Below, piece after piece: positions 13,001 to 26,533 of a DNA stretch of 64,000 bases. The notes under the pieces were generated by a model. It worked only from the letters and a program-made list of their open reading frames with translations. It did no database searches and was not told where the DNA came from. Both the position numbers and the translations under genes were made by a program. Positions within the stretch are counted from its first letter, which is position 1. Each line of letters starts with the position of its first letter. Source of the DNA: Felis catus. Lineage: Eukaryota. The stretch lies in NCBI RefSeq assembly GCF_018350175.1, contig NC_058368.1, positions 92,134,001 to 92,198,000 of the forward strand, in the 5' to 3' direction.

Positions 13001-16000
13001 TTAAGATACTTCTTGTAAGCAAAAACATTGCAATGTGCCTTCAGTGGGACTGTGCATAAATAGAGAGCAGAAGCTGTTCCTCTGTGTCCTATTCCTGGGG
13101 AACGAGAATTGTAATTAACACAGGGATGATACTCAAAACAAGCTCTCCTCCTGATGCCTCCTAAAGAAACTTCCTCGGACTTCTCCAGGGAGGTAGAAAG
13201 GAGCTGGCCCTGTGACTTTTTTAGGTGTTCTTTGTAGCTTGAGGGAATGGGGAATCAACACGGTTGATTCAGGCACGCTGAGCAAGCTGTCTGTAAGAGG
13301 CCCCGAGCTCCACACTCATTAAGTTGTGCCCACACCTTCCTCTCCACCAAGTTGGGCAGCAGCTGGGGTGAGAATTCCGCTGCCACCCACCCCTCTCCCC
13401 CAGCACCCGCTCCTGCTCCCCACCCTCCATAGGAGTTTAACCCTGTGCCTACAAATTTTTAATGATCCTGTCTCAAAGCTACTACTATCTGGCCTCAGAT
13501 CCTGGTGGGAAGAGAAGGTCTGGCCAAACCCACCACCTAGAGGCAGCCCCAGCCCTATTATTCTATTCTCCACTTCATCAACCTGGCTTATCAGAGCTGG
13601 ATAAACCAGCTGTCACTCCCTGAAATCAGACTGTGTTCAAGTCCTCTCTCCCCCCGGCAAGAATGCAAGTCCCGGAAAGTAGGGACTTTGTGTTTGCCTT
13701 GCCTTTTTTTGGGGTGGGGGGCACCAGGGTTGCTCAGTTGGTTGAGCATCCGACTTCGGCTCAGGTCATGATCTCACAGTTTGTGGGTTTGAGCCCCACG
13801 TCAGGCTCTGTGCTGACAGCTCAGAGCCTGGAGCTTGCTTCGGATTCTGTGTCTCCACCTCTCTCTGCCCCTCCCCTGCTCACGTTTTGTTTCTCTCTGT
13901 CAAAAGTAAATAAACATCGAAAAAACTTATTTATTTATTTATTTTTGAGAAAGAGAGCAAGCAGGGGAGGGGCAGAGAGAGAGGAGAGAGACAATCCCAA
14001 GCGGGCTCTGCACTGACAGAGACCTATTTATTTATTTATTTATTAAAAAAAAAATCTTTTTAAAGGGGTGCCTGGGTGGCTCAGTTGGTTGAACGTCTGA
14101 CTCTTGATTTTGGCTCAGGTCGTGATCTCATGGTTCAGGAGATCGAGCCCCACGTCAGGGCTTGGGATTCTCTCTCCTCCTCTCTCTGCCCCTCCCTCAG
14201 GCACTCTCTCTCTCCCTCTCTCTGTCAAAATAAATAAATAAACTTAAAAAAAATCTTTAAGTATTTAAAAATTCTGTATATTTTCACAGCAAATTGTATC
14301 ATCTTCTTGCCACCACAAAGAATTAGCCTTCGGGGTGCCTGGGTGGCTCAGTCGGGTAAGCCTCTGACTTTGGCTCTGGTCATGATCTCATGGTTTTTGA
14401 GTTCGGGCCCCATGTCGGGCCCTGTGCTGACAGCTCAGAGCCTGGAGCCTGGAGCTCTGTCTCTCTCTCTCAAAAATAAATAAACATTAAAAAACCTAAA
14501 AAAAAACAAAAAAACAAAAAAAACACAGTAGTAAAGTAAAATGTAATAAAGCTTTAAAAAATAAATTTAAAAAAACCATTAAAAATTTAAAAATATAATT
14601 AGGCCTCTCCTCTAGGAATGTGGAAACAACTTCAAATTGTAACCCTCAGTGCTCCACATTCCACCTGGTCTTAGGGAGAAATAAAGGCTGACCAAAGTGC
14701 CTGGGTGCTTGTCCAGTCAGGTCTGGGGAGACCTCTTCATGCCTCCTGGTCACTGAAGCTTTCCCACTGCCCTTTCCTTTGTCGGCTTCTGCACAACTCA
14801 TGAGCTCCATATTCTGCATCTAGAAATGGTCTGCAGAAAGCGACCATGACATATGCTCACACAATGCCATCCAGAGGCAGAGGGACTGTCTCTATTCACT
14901 GTCACAGAAGAGAGAAGCTTCTTTCCCCAAAGCCGAGAACAAGCATCTCACAAATTTTTTGCCCAAATTAGGTGATAATGCTTCATCTGAATCCATCTTG
15001 GTGGCCGGGTCAATAGCATATACAGATTAGCTCGGACTGATCAGAGCCTATCCTTGGAGCTGACCGTGGGGTCAACTCAACTCAAACCACAAGACTGAGA
15101 GTAGAGGGTGCATCCCTAAAAGAAATCCTGGATGTTGTGAAAGGTGGAAGGGAGAAGGGTGTTGAGGGGCCGATACACAAATTGTGCACTATACCTTTTT
15201 GTTTCATGTGTATTTATTGAGTTTTGAAAGAGAGAGCCAAGGAGGGGCAGAGAGAGAGGGAGAGAGAGAATCCCAAGCAGGTTCTGAGCTATCAACACAG
15301 AGCCCAATGTGGTGCTCGATTCCACAAACCATGAGATCATGACCTGAGCTGAAATCAAGTCAGAAACTTAACCAACTGAGCCACCCAAGTGCCCCTGCAC
15401 TGTACCTTTTCCACTGAAGGTCGGAGGGTCTTCACAAAGGTCGTGTGATTTCCCAGTCCCAAGCCCCTGAGGTGGGACATACTTTAGGCCTCCCAGGATG
15501 ATTTTTGCTACACCTTCAAGCGTTTTAGATAACTGAGTTACCCACTTGCTTAAGACTCAGGATTCAGCTTGTAAAAGACTCTCACTGGGTCTGCTTTTCA
15601 TGAAGAAATTTCAAATGACAATGAAGGGCAAGCCACAGTCAGAGAAAAGGGCTTTTTTTTTTAATGTTTACTTACTTATTTTGAGAGAGAGAGAGATAGA
15701 CAGCAAGTGGGGTAAGAGCAGAGAGAGAGGGAGAGGGAGAGAGAATTCCAAGCAGGCTCCATGCTGCCAGCTCAGAGCCTGATGTGGGGCTCGATCCTAC
15801 AAACTCTGAGCTGAAATCAAGAGTCCCATGCCCAACTGACTGAACCACCAGGCACCCCACTCCTTCTCTTTCAATAAAGAAAATAGTCGAGAGTCCGAAG
15901 CAAACAGGATCAGAACTGGGATAGGTAGGACATAAGCAGGTCTGGAACACGTGGTGCCCCCTTAGAGGTTCTGCCATCCTTGGTTGCTGGGGTACTTTAC

Positions 16001-18477
16001 AGGAGGTACATGGGTTGGTTGAAAAGTACAGAGTCAGGGGGACACCTGGAGAAGTGTCCTTTTTATTTAAAAGAGTAAAGGCTGGGGGCGTCTGGGTGGC
16101 CCAGTCAAACATCTGACTTTGGCTCAGGTCATGATCTCGTGGTTTGTGGATTCAAGCCCTGCGTCGGGCACTGCACTGTCAGTGTGGAGCCTGCTGGGGA
16201 TTCTCTCTCTCTCCTTCTCTTTGCCTCTCCCCACTCTTACACACATGTATGTGCCTTGTCTCTAAAAATAAGTAAATAAACTTGAAAGAAAGAAAGAAAG
16301 GAAGAAAGAAAGAAAGAAAAGTGTAGAGACTGGACTGGAATCCCAGCCTCCCATCACTCACTAGTGGTAGGGACCTTATCCTCCCCGAACCTGTTTCCCC
16401 ATCTACAAAGTGAGGGGTCTCCTGGTGCCCAGTCACTGAAACGTGGTAGTTGCTGTTATTACTCATGAGAATGTACAAAACAATCCCCTAAAAGTAGAGG
16501 TGCGGGTTCGGACCTAAAAGTCAGAAATAGCTCATGTTCTGATCTCAGAATTTCCCTAGTCATCTGAGCCAAACTTAGCAATGTCTTCCCTTTTGTGCTT
16601 GGCTCATCCAAATTGTGTAAGTCAATAGAGGAGTGTGCTGGCTCTGAGCTATTCTGGGTGAGAAAAAAAGAAGTGTCTACACACTTTAATTCTCTGCAGC
16701 TTTGGGGTGCCTGGCTGGCTCAGTCAGAAGAGCATGTGACTCTTGATCTTGAGGTTGTGAGTTCAAGCCCCATGTTGGGGATAGAGGTTGCTTAAATACA
16801 TACATACATACATACATATGCTTAAAAAAATTCCCCACAGCTGTGATAGTACCTTGACTAGCAGAAGCTGTGCTTGGACGCAAGAAAATACATCTTAAAA
16901 AATGCTTTCTTGGTTTTGCATCCATGAAATACAGCCAGACCAACACTAAACCAGTCTGCACACCTAAAAAACTGATTTGAGGCTTAACACAACAATCTGC
17001 ACAACCTGACCACAGAACTCAGCAGGTACACGGTGCAGAGAGGTGAATTGGGGAAGAGAGAAGCCATGGAGGGCAGGGGGCTGTTTTTGCATGCAGAGAG
17101 AGGACAGAGATGGGGAGAATATGGGAAAAACACCCCCCACCACCACCGAAAAGCAGCTAGAGAGAATGTTGAAAAGTGGAAACAGCCACAGAACTGAACT
17201 AAAGAGGGAGAAAGGAGAAAAGAGAGGGTTTAAATTCCATTAAGACTGTAAACTGGGGGAGCGCAGAGTCTGCAACTCCACAGCTCAATACCTGGTGGTG
17301 CTCTGGTGGGAAGGGCAAATCCCCAGGAGCAGAGTGAGGTCTGGGAGGTTCTCTGGCCACACAGGGAAAAGCAGTTCCACTGCTGGAAGGACATTTGGTA
17401 GAGACTGTTAAGGCCACCTGGTCCCCACAGACCCCAGAGAACGGCCACATTTGCTGGTGCTGGAACAAGGTTGCTGGGGGTGAAGCCTGGTGCCAGATGT
17501 GTGTTGTGATTTTCCATAGTCCCTGAAACGCTGATGCTACAAGATCACGTGAACTTTTTCTGGGACGGTCTGGCACCCGGCCACAGTCTCTGGGCATCGG
17601 CAGCACCACAGTCCTGTGAACGTTCCTTGGTGTGGCCAGCACCTGGCCATTGCTCGGTGAGACCCTCCTGCAGAGGGGCGAACAGGTCAGAGCCGAGGTC
17701 CCTCAGAAGTGAGGGGTCAGGGAAAATAGCTGCATCTGAGATAAAACTCAGGAGGTAGGTGCCGCCTGGCAACCTGACAGCTTGGTCACAGACAGTGTAA
17801 AAGCAGGGAGTGGACAGAAGCCGGAGACAAAGGACAGGTGCTCGATTGCTGATCTGGGAGAACAGAATTCGATACTAGAGACCAGGTAGCTGGGTGACGC
17901 CATTTTCACCATTCCCGCGCATGCGCATACGCACCTAAGAGCGCCACAACACTCCACCCCAGTAGGCTAGCAGCGCCATCTAGTGGATAATGGAGTTGTT
18001 ACACTAAGCCCTGCCCAACTGGGCCAACCTCGCTCTTCAGGAACACCACAGGTCTCTCTGCCTGCTTAGTTTACAGACTATAAAGTACTTAATAGTTTGA
18101 CTTCTAGGGGAAAACGATGTAATTTCAATTGTACTTCAGTCTGTTTGCTGGTCCATCTATTCAATTTTCTATCTTTTTTCTTTGTCATTTCTTTTCTTTT
18201 TCTTGAATACAGAAAGACAAAAAATTTATTTTTATTTTCAATTTTTATTAAAAATATTTTTTCTACTATATTTTTTACTTTTTTGTACATTTTTCAAATT
18301 CTATTTTACTTCCATCATTTCATTTTATTCTATTTCATTGTATTCATTTTCTCAAATTTTCAAACGTTTTCCTTTTTTTCTTTTTTCCCCTCCCCCCTTT
18401 TTTCTCTAATCTATCAAGCTCCTTTCAATAACCAGACCAAAACACACCTAGGATTTAGCATCATCTATTTGATTTGT

Positions 18478-18511
<34 letters not shown>

Positions 18512-18571
18512 TGTTTTTAATTTTTTAATTAAAAATTTTTTTACCTTATTAATTCCTTTTCTTCCTTCAAA

Positions 18572-19451
18572 ATGATGAAATGAAGGAATTCACCCCATAA
18601 GAAAGATCTGGAAGAAATGACAGTCAGGGACTTAATCAACCCAGATACAAGCAAGATGTCTGAACTAGAATTTAGAATCACGATAATAAGAATACTAGCT
18701 GGGGTTGAAAATAGATTAGAATCCCTCTCTGTGTAGATAAAAGAAATAAAAGCCAGTCAGGATGAAATAAAAAATACTATAGCTGAGCTACAATTTCGAA
18801 TGGATGCCATGGTGGCAAAGATGGATGAGGCAGAGCAGTAAATCAGTGATATGGAGGACAAACTTATGGAGAATAAAGAAGCAGAAAAAAGAGGGAGATT
18901 AAGGCAAAAGAGCACAATTTAAGAATTAGAGAAATCAGTGACTCATTAAAAAGGAACAACATCAGAATCATAGGGACCCCAGAAGATGAAGAGAGAGAAA
19001 AAGGGGTAGAAGGATTATGTGAGCAAATCATAGTGGAAAACTTTCCTAACCTGGGGAAAGACACAGACATCAAAATCCAGGAAGCACAGAGGACTCCCAT
19101 AAGATTCAACAAAATCCAACCATCAACAAGGCATATCATAGTCAAATTCACAAAATACTCAGGCAAGGAAAGAATCATGAAAGCACTAAGGGAAAAAAGT
19201 TCTTAACCTCCAAGGGAAGACAGATCAAGTTTGTGGCAGACCTATTCACAGAAACTTGGCAGGCCAGAAGGGAGTGGCAGGAGATATTCGATGTGCTGAA
19301 TCAGAAAAATATGCAGCCAAGAGTTCTTTATACAGCAAGGCTGCCATTCAAAATAGAAGGAGATATTAAAAGTTTCCCAGACAAACAAAAATTAAAGGAG
19401 TTCGTGACCACTAAACCAGCCCTGCAAGAAATTTTAAGGGGGACTCTCTGA
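18572..19451 (+). pseudogene. L1 ORF1 remnant (in-frame stops and frameshifts)
   Basis: Begins ATG ATG AAA TGA; the C-terminal fragment ...FPDKQKLKEFVTTKPALQEILRGTL* is typical of L1 ORF1p. Confidence 0.85.
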
Positions 19452-19550
19452 GGGGAGAAAAGATGGGAAAAAAAAAAAAAGACCAAAAGCAACAAAAACT
19501 AGAAAGGACCAGAGAACACCACCAGAAACTCCAACTCTGCAAGAAACATA

Positions 19551-22500
19551 ATGGCAATAAACTCATATCTTTCAGTACTCACTCTAAATGTCAATGGACT
19601 AAATGTTCCAATCAAAAGACATAGGGTAACAGAATGGATAAGAAAACAAGATCCATCTGTCTGCTGTTTACAAGAGACCCACTTTAGACCTAAAGACACC
19701 TTCAGACTGAAAGTAAGGGGATGGAGAACCATCTATCATGCTAATGGTCAACAAAAGAAAGCCAGAGTAGCCATACTTATATCAGACAATCTACAGTTCA
19801 AAATAAAGACTGTAACAAGAGATGAAGAAGGGCATTATATCATAATTAAGGGTCTATCCACCAAGAAGACCTAACAGTTGTAAACATTTCTGCTCCAAAC
19901 GTGGTAGCACCCAAATATATAAATTAATTAATCACAAACCCATTGATAATAATACCATCATAGTAGGGGGCTTCAACACCCCACTTACAACAATGGACAG
20001 ATACTCTAAACAGAAAACAACAAGGAAACAATGGCTTTGAATGACACACTGGACCAGATGGACTTAACAGATACATTCAGAACATTTCATCCTAAAGCTT
20101 CTAAACAATATACATTCTTCTCCAGTGCACATGGAATGTTCTCCAGAATAGATCACATACTGGGACACAAATCAGCCCTCAACAAGTACAAAAAGATCAA
20201 GATCATACCGTGCATATTTTCAGACCACAACACTATGAAACTCAAAATCAACCACAAGAAAAAATTTGGAAAGATAAGAAATACTTGGAGACTAAAGAAC
20301 ATCCTACTAAGGAATGAATGGGCTAACCAAGAAGTTAAAGAAGAAATTAAAAAGTACATAGAAGCCAATGAAAATAATAACACCACAGCCCAAAACCTCT
20401 GGGACACAGCAAAGGCAGTTATAAGAGGGAGTTATATAGCAATCCAGGCCTTCCTAAAGAAGGAAGAAAGGTCTCAGATACACAACCTAACCCTACACCT
20501 TAAAGAGATGGAAAAATAACAGCAAATAAAACCAAAACCAGCAGAAGACAGGAAATAAAAAAGATTAGAGCAGAAATAAATGCTATCAAAACCAAAAAAG
20601 CAGTAGAACAAATCAATGAAACCAGAAGCTGGTTCTTTGAAAGAATTAACAAAATTGAAAAGCCACTAGCCAGTTTGATCAAAAAGAAAAAGGAAAGGAC
20701 CCAAATAAATAAAGTCAAGAATGAAAGAGGAGAGATCACAACTAACGCAGCAGAAATAAAAACAATAATAAGAGAATATTATGAGCAATTATACACCAAT
20801 AAAATGGGCAATCTGGAAGAAATGGACAAATTCCTAGAAACATATAAACTACCAAAACTGAAACAGGAAGAAATAGAAAATTTGAACAGACCCATAACTA
20901 GTAAAGAAATTGAATTAGTAATAAAAAATCTCCCCCAAAAAGAGTCCAGAGGCAGATGGCTTTCCAGGGGAGTTCTACCAAACATTTAAGGAAGCGTTAA
21001 CAAGTCTCTTGACATGTAACCTATTCTCTTGAAGCTGTTCCAAAAAATAGAAATGGAAGGAAAACTTCCAAACTCTTTCTATGAAGCCAGCATTACCTTG
21101 ATTCCAAAACCAGACAGAGACCCCACTGAAAAGGAGAACTATAGACCAATTTCCCTGATGAACATGGATGCAAAAATCCTCAACAAGATATTAGCCAATC
21201 GGATCCAATAATACATTAAAAAAATTATTTACCATGACCAAGTGGATTTACCTGGGATGCAGGGCTGGTTTAATATCTGCAAAACAATCAGTGTGATTCA
21301 TCACATCAATAAAAGAAAGGACAAGAACCATATGATCCTCTCAATAGATGCAGAGAAAGCATTTGACAAAATACAGCATCCTTTCTTGATAAAAACCCTT
21401 AAGAAAGTAGGGATATAAGGATCATACCTCAAGATCATAAAAGCCATATATAAACGACCCAACGCCAATATCATCCTCAATGGGAAAACATCCTTAAAGG
21501 GGAAACTTTTCCCTCTAAGGTCAGGAACAAGACAGGGATGTCCACTCTCGCCACTGTTATTCAACATAGTATTGGAAGTCTTAGCCTCTGCAATCAGACA
21601 ACACAAAGAAATAAAAGGCATCCAAATCAGCCAGGAGGCGGTCAAACTTTCACTCTTCGCAGATGACATGATACTCTATATGGAAAACTCAAAAGATTCC
21701 ACCAAAAAACTGCTAGAACTGATCCATGAATTCAGCAAAGTGGCAGGGTATAAAATCAATGTACAGAAATCGGTTGCATTCCTATACACCAACAATGAAG
21801 CGACAGAAAGAGAAATCAAGGAATCGATCACATTTGCAATTGCACCAAAACCCATAAAATACCTAGGAATAAATTTAACCAAAGAGTTGAAAAATCTATA
21901 CACTGAAAACTATAGAAAGCTTATGAAATAAATTGAAGAAGACACAAAAAAATGAAAAAAGATTCCATATTCCTTGATAGGAAGAACAAATATTGTTAAA
22001 ATGTCAATACTACCCAAAGCAATCTACATATTTGATGCAATACCTATCAAAATAACACCAGTATTCTTCACAGAGCTAGAACAAGCAATCCTAAAATTTG
22101 TATGGAACCAGAAAAGACCCCGAATAGCCAAAGCAATCTTGAAAAAGAAACCGAACCAGAAAGCATCACAATCCCGGACTTCAAGCTATACTACAAAGCT
22201 TTAATCATCAAGACAATATGGTACTGGCACAAGAACAGACACTCAGATCAATGGAACAGAATAGAGAACCCAGAAATGGACCCACAAACCTAAGATTAAC
22301 TAATCTTTCACAAAGCAGGAGAGAATATTCAATGGAATAAAGACAGTCTCTTCAGCAAATGGTGCTGGGGAAATTGGACACCAACATGCAGAAAAATGAA
22401 CCTGGACCACTTTCTTACACCATACACAAAAATAAACTCAAAATGGATGAAAGACCTCAATGTAAGACAGGAAGCCATCAAAATCATCGAGGAGAAAGCA

Positions 22501-23378
22501 GGCAAAACCTCTTTGACCTCGGCCGCACAACTTCTTACTCAACATGTCTCTGGAGGCAAGGGAAACCAAAGCAAAAATGAACTATTGGGACCTCATCAAA
22601 ATAAAAAGCTTCTGCACAGCAAAGGAAACAATCAGCAAAATGAAAAGGCAAGTGACGGAATGGGAGAAGATAGTTGTAAACGACATATCAGATAAAGGGT
22701 TAGTATCCAAAATCTATAAAGAACTTATCAAACTCAATATCCAAAAAACAACTAATCCAGTGAAGAAATGTGCAAAAGACATGAATAGACACTTCTCCAA
22801 AGAAGACAACATCCAGATGGCCAACCAACACATGAAAAAATGCTCAACATCACTTATCATCTGGGAAACACAAATCAAAACCACAATGACATACCACCTC
22901 ACACCTGTTAGAATGGCTCACATTAACAACTCAGACAACAACAGATGTTGGCGAGGATGCGGAGAAAGAGGATCTCTTTTGCATTGCTGGTGGGAATGCA
23001 AGCTGGTGCATCCACTCTGGAAAACAGGATGGAGGTTCCTCAAAAAACAAAAAAATAGAACTACCCTACGACCCAGCAACTGCACCGCACGGCATTTATC
23101 CAAGGGATACAGGTGTGCTGTTTCGAAGGGGCACATGCACCCCAATGTTTATAGCAGTACTATCAACACTAGACAAAGTATGGAAAGAGCCCAAATGTCC
23201 ATCGATGGATGACTGGATAAAGAAGATGTGGTAGGTATATACAATGGAGTATTACTTGGCAATCAAAAAGAATGAAATCTTGCCATTTGCAACTATGTGG
23301 ATGGAACTGGAGGGTATTATGCTAAGTGAAATTAGTCAGTCAGAGAAAGACAAATATCATATGACCTCACTCATATAA
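19551..23378 (+). pseudogene. L1 ORF2 remnant (endonuclease and reverse transcriptase), broken by many stops and frameshifts
   Basis: Fragments with [28 protein letters not shown] and LFADDMILY motifs split over at least 8 short ORFs. Confidence 0.92.
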
Positions 23379-24042
23379 AGACTTTAAGACACAAAACAGA
23401 TGAACATAAGGGAAGAGAAGCAAAAATAATATAAAAACAAGGAGGGGGACAAAACATAAGAGACTCTTAAATATGGAGAACAAACAGAGGGTTACTGGAG
23501 GGGGTGTGGGAGGGGGAATGGGCTACATGGTAAAGGGGCACTAAGGAATCTACTCCTGAAATCATTGTTGCACTATAGGCTAACTAACTTGGATATAAAT
23601 TAAAAAAATAAATAAATAAATTTAAAAAATGCTTTCTCATTTTTCAGGAACAGTAAATCACCCTGTGTCCTAGGATATGTCAAAAGTAATTAACAAAAAT
23701 TTTTAATGTGTATTTATTTTTGAGAGGGAGAGAGACACATTGCAAGCAGGGGAGGGGCAGAGAGAGAGGGAGACACAGAATCCGAAGCAGGCTCCAGGCT
23801 CTGAGCTGTCAGCATAGAGCCCAACATGGGGCTTGAAGTCCTGAACTGCAAGATCATGACCTGAGCCAAAGTCGGCTGCTTAACTTACTGAGCCACCCAG
23901 GTGCCCCTGTCAAAGGTAATTAAACTGAGCACCTATTATCTGTGCTAGGTACTTCATAGTTACATCATGCTATTTAACTTTCTGGATTTGGAGATGGAAG
24001 CTTGGAAAGGGAAGGAAGCCACACAGCTAGTGAATGGTGAGG

Positions 24043-24252
24043 CTGGGGTTCTACACTACTCAGCACTACTAACATTTTGGGCCAGATGATTCTTCATTGT
24101 GGGGACTGTGCTGTGCGTGACAGGGCATTGAACAGCATCCCTGGCATATTCCCACTAGATGCCAGTCGCATCCCCATGGTTATGACAACCATGTCTTCAG
24201 ATTTTGTCAAATGTTCCTCCGGAAACAAAGTCACCCCAGGTTGAGAAATGCT
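24043..24252 (-). mobile_element. MER20-like hAT-Charlie MITE
   Basis: acattttgggccagatgattctt...cccactagatgccagt...ggttgagaa resembles the reverse complement of MER20 as I recall it. Confidence 0.8.
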
Positions 24253-25632
24253 CATCCGTGAGTTACACAAGCACTTTCACTGGGGCTGATTCAGAGGAGG
24301 CCTTTGGGCCAAGGTCAATGCTGGTAGATCTGTAGTAGGTGAAGAATTGCTTGAAGTCCGAGACCCCCATGGAAATAATTTCTTTCAGTAATTCATCTTC
24401 TTTACTCTACCTACTGAAGTGCCTTTACTAATTACTAAGGATAAGTAATTACCACATGCCCTTTTTAAATCTGCATTAGAAGGTTAGTTGGAGTTATAAT
24501 GGCCTCTGGAAGTCTCTGGAATGAGAATTCATAAAAATTGTGGGCTCTCAGGAAGATGTTGAAAATCTGAACAGATTATCAGCAAAGAAATTGAATCAGT
24601 AATCAAAAAACTCCCAACAAACAAAAGCCCAGGACCAAGTGAATTCTACCAAACATTTAAAGAAGAGTTCATACCTATTCTTCCAAACTCTTCCAAAAAA
24701 CAGAAGCGGAAGGAAAACTTCCAAATTCATTCTATAAGGCCAGCATTACCCTGATACCAAAACCAGATAAAGACACCACACAAAAAAGAGAACTAACTAT
24801 ACGCTATTATCCCTGATGAACATGGATGCAAAAGTTCTCAATAAAATGCTAGCAAACTGAATCCAATAATACATTCACTGGGGTGCCTGAGTGGCTTAGC
24901 TGATTAAGCGTCCGACTTCAGCTCAGGTTATGATCTTGCGGTTTGTGAGTTCGAGCCCTACATCGGGCTCTGTGCTGACAGCTCAGAGCCTGGAGCCTGC
25001 TTCGGCTTCTGTGTCTCCCTCTCTCTCTGACCTTCCCCCTCTCATGCTCTGTCTCTATCTCTCAAAAATAAATAAACATTAAAAAACAGAAAAGAATCAC
25101 TCACCAAAATCAAGTGGGATTTATTCCTGGGCTGCAAGGGTAGTTTAATATTCACCAAGCAATCAATATGATACACCACATTAATAAAAGAAAGGATAAG
25201 AATCATGTGATCATTTCAATAGACACAGAAAAAACATTTGACAAAGCACATCCATTCATGATAAAAATACCTAACAAAGTAGGTTTAGAGGAAATGTACA
25301 TCAACATAATAAAAGCCTTATATGAAAAATTCCCAGCTAATGTCATTCTCAATGGGGAAAAACTGAGAGCGTTTCCCCTAAGGTCAGGAACAAGACAAGG
25401 ATGTCCACTCTCACCACTTTTATTTAACACAGTACTGGAAGTCCTAGCCACAGCAAATCAGACAACAAAAAGAAATAAAAGGCATCCCAGTTGGTAAAAG
25501 TGAAACTTGTTACTATACATAGATGACACAATACCATATATAGAAAACTCCAAACACTCCACCGAAAAACTGATAAACAAAGTCAGTAAAGTCGCAGGAT
25601 ACAAAATCACTGTACAGAAATCTGTTGTATTT

Positions 25633-25852
25633 TTTTAAATTTTTTTAATGTTTATTTTTGACAGAGAGAGAGAGAGAGACAGAGCATGAGCGGGGGAGGG
25701 GGAGAGAGAGAGGGAGACACAGAGTCCAAAGCAGGCTCCAGGCTCTGAGCTGTCAGCACAGAGCCTGACGCGGGGCTCGAACCCACAGACCGTGAGATTA
25801 TGACCTGAGCCGAAGTTGGACGCTCAACCAACTGAGACACCCAGGCCCCCCA
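25633..25852 (-). mobile_element. CAN-SINE nested in L1
   Basis: 17-nt TSD agaaatctgttgtattt at 25616-25632 and 25853-25869. Confidence 0.92.
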
Positions 25853-26316
25853 AGAAATCTGTTGTATTTCTATACACCAAAAATGAAGCAGCAGACACAA
25901 AAATTAAGAAAACAATCCCATTTACAAGTACACCAAAAGTAATAAGGTACCTAGGAATAAATCTAACCAAAGATATGAAAGACCCATACTCTGAAAACTA
26001 TCAAAAACTGATTAAAGAAATTGAAGATGATGCAAAGAAATGGAAAGATACTCCATGCTGATGGATTGGAAGAACAAATATTGTTACAATGTCCATACTA
26101 CCCGAAGCAATCTACACATTTAAAGCAATCCCTATCAAAACACCAATAGCAGTTTTCACAGAACTAGAAAGAACAAACAGCCCTAAAATTTGTACAGAAC
26201 CACAAAAGACCCTGAAGGGCCAAAGCAATCTTGAAAAAGAAAAGCAAAACTGGAGGCATCATAATTCTGGACCTCAAGCTATATTACAAAGCTGTAGTCA
26301 TCAAAACAGTATGGTA

Positions 26317-26533
26317 GGGGCGCCTGGGTGGCGCAGTCGGTTAAGCGTCCGACTTCAGCCAGGTCACGATCTCACGGTCCGTGAGTTCGAGCCCCGTGTC
26401 GGGCTCTGGGCTGATGGCTCAGAGCCTGGAGCCTGTTTCCGATTCTGTGTCTCCCTCTCTCTCTGCCCCTCCCCCGTTCATGCTCTGTCTTTCTCTGTCC
26501 CAAAAATAAATAAATGTTGAAAAAAAAATATTT
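26317..26533 (+). mobile_element. Young felid CAN-SINE nested in L1
   Basis: ggggcgcctgggtggcgcagtcgg head; TSD aaaacagtatggta at 26303-26316 and 26534-26547. Confidence 0.92.

Larger units (their letters stand above)
16911..23623 (+). mobile_element. Near full-length (6.7 kb) felid/carnivore LINE-1, inactivated
   Basis: 14-nt TSD aaaaaatgctttct at 16897-16910 and 23624-23637, preceded by TT (TT/AAAA endonuclease site). About 1.65 kb 5' UTR, then ORF1 and ORF2 remnants and an A-rich tail. Confidence 0.96.

Noticed and set aside
11000..16900. Apparently unique sequence that might hide exons
   Set aside because: No recognisable protein similarity or coherent exon chain found; part (~14800-15180) looks like an old MLT-type LTR. 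A lncRNA cannot be excluded without expression data.
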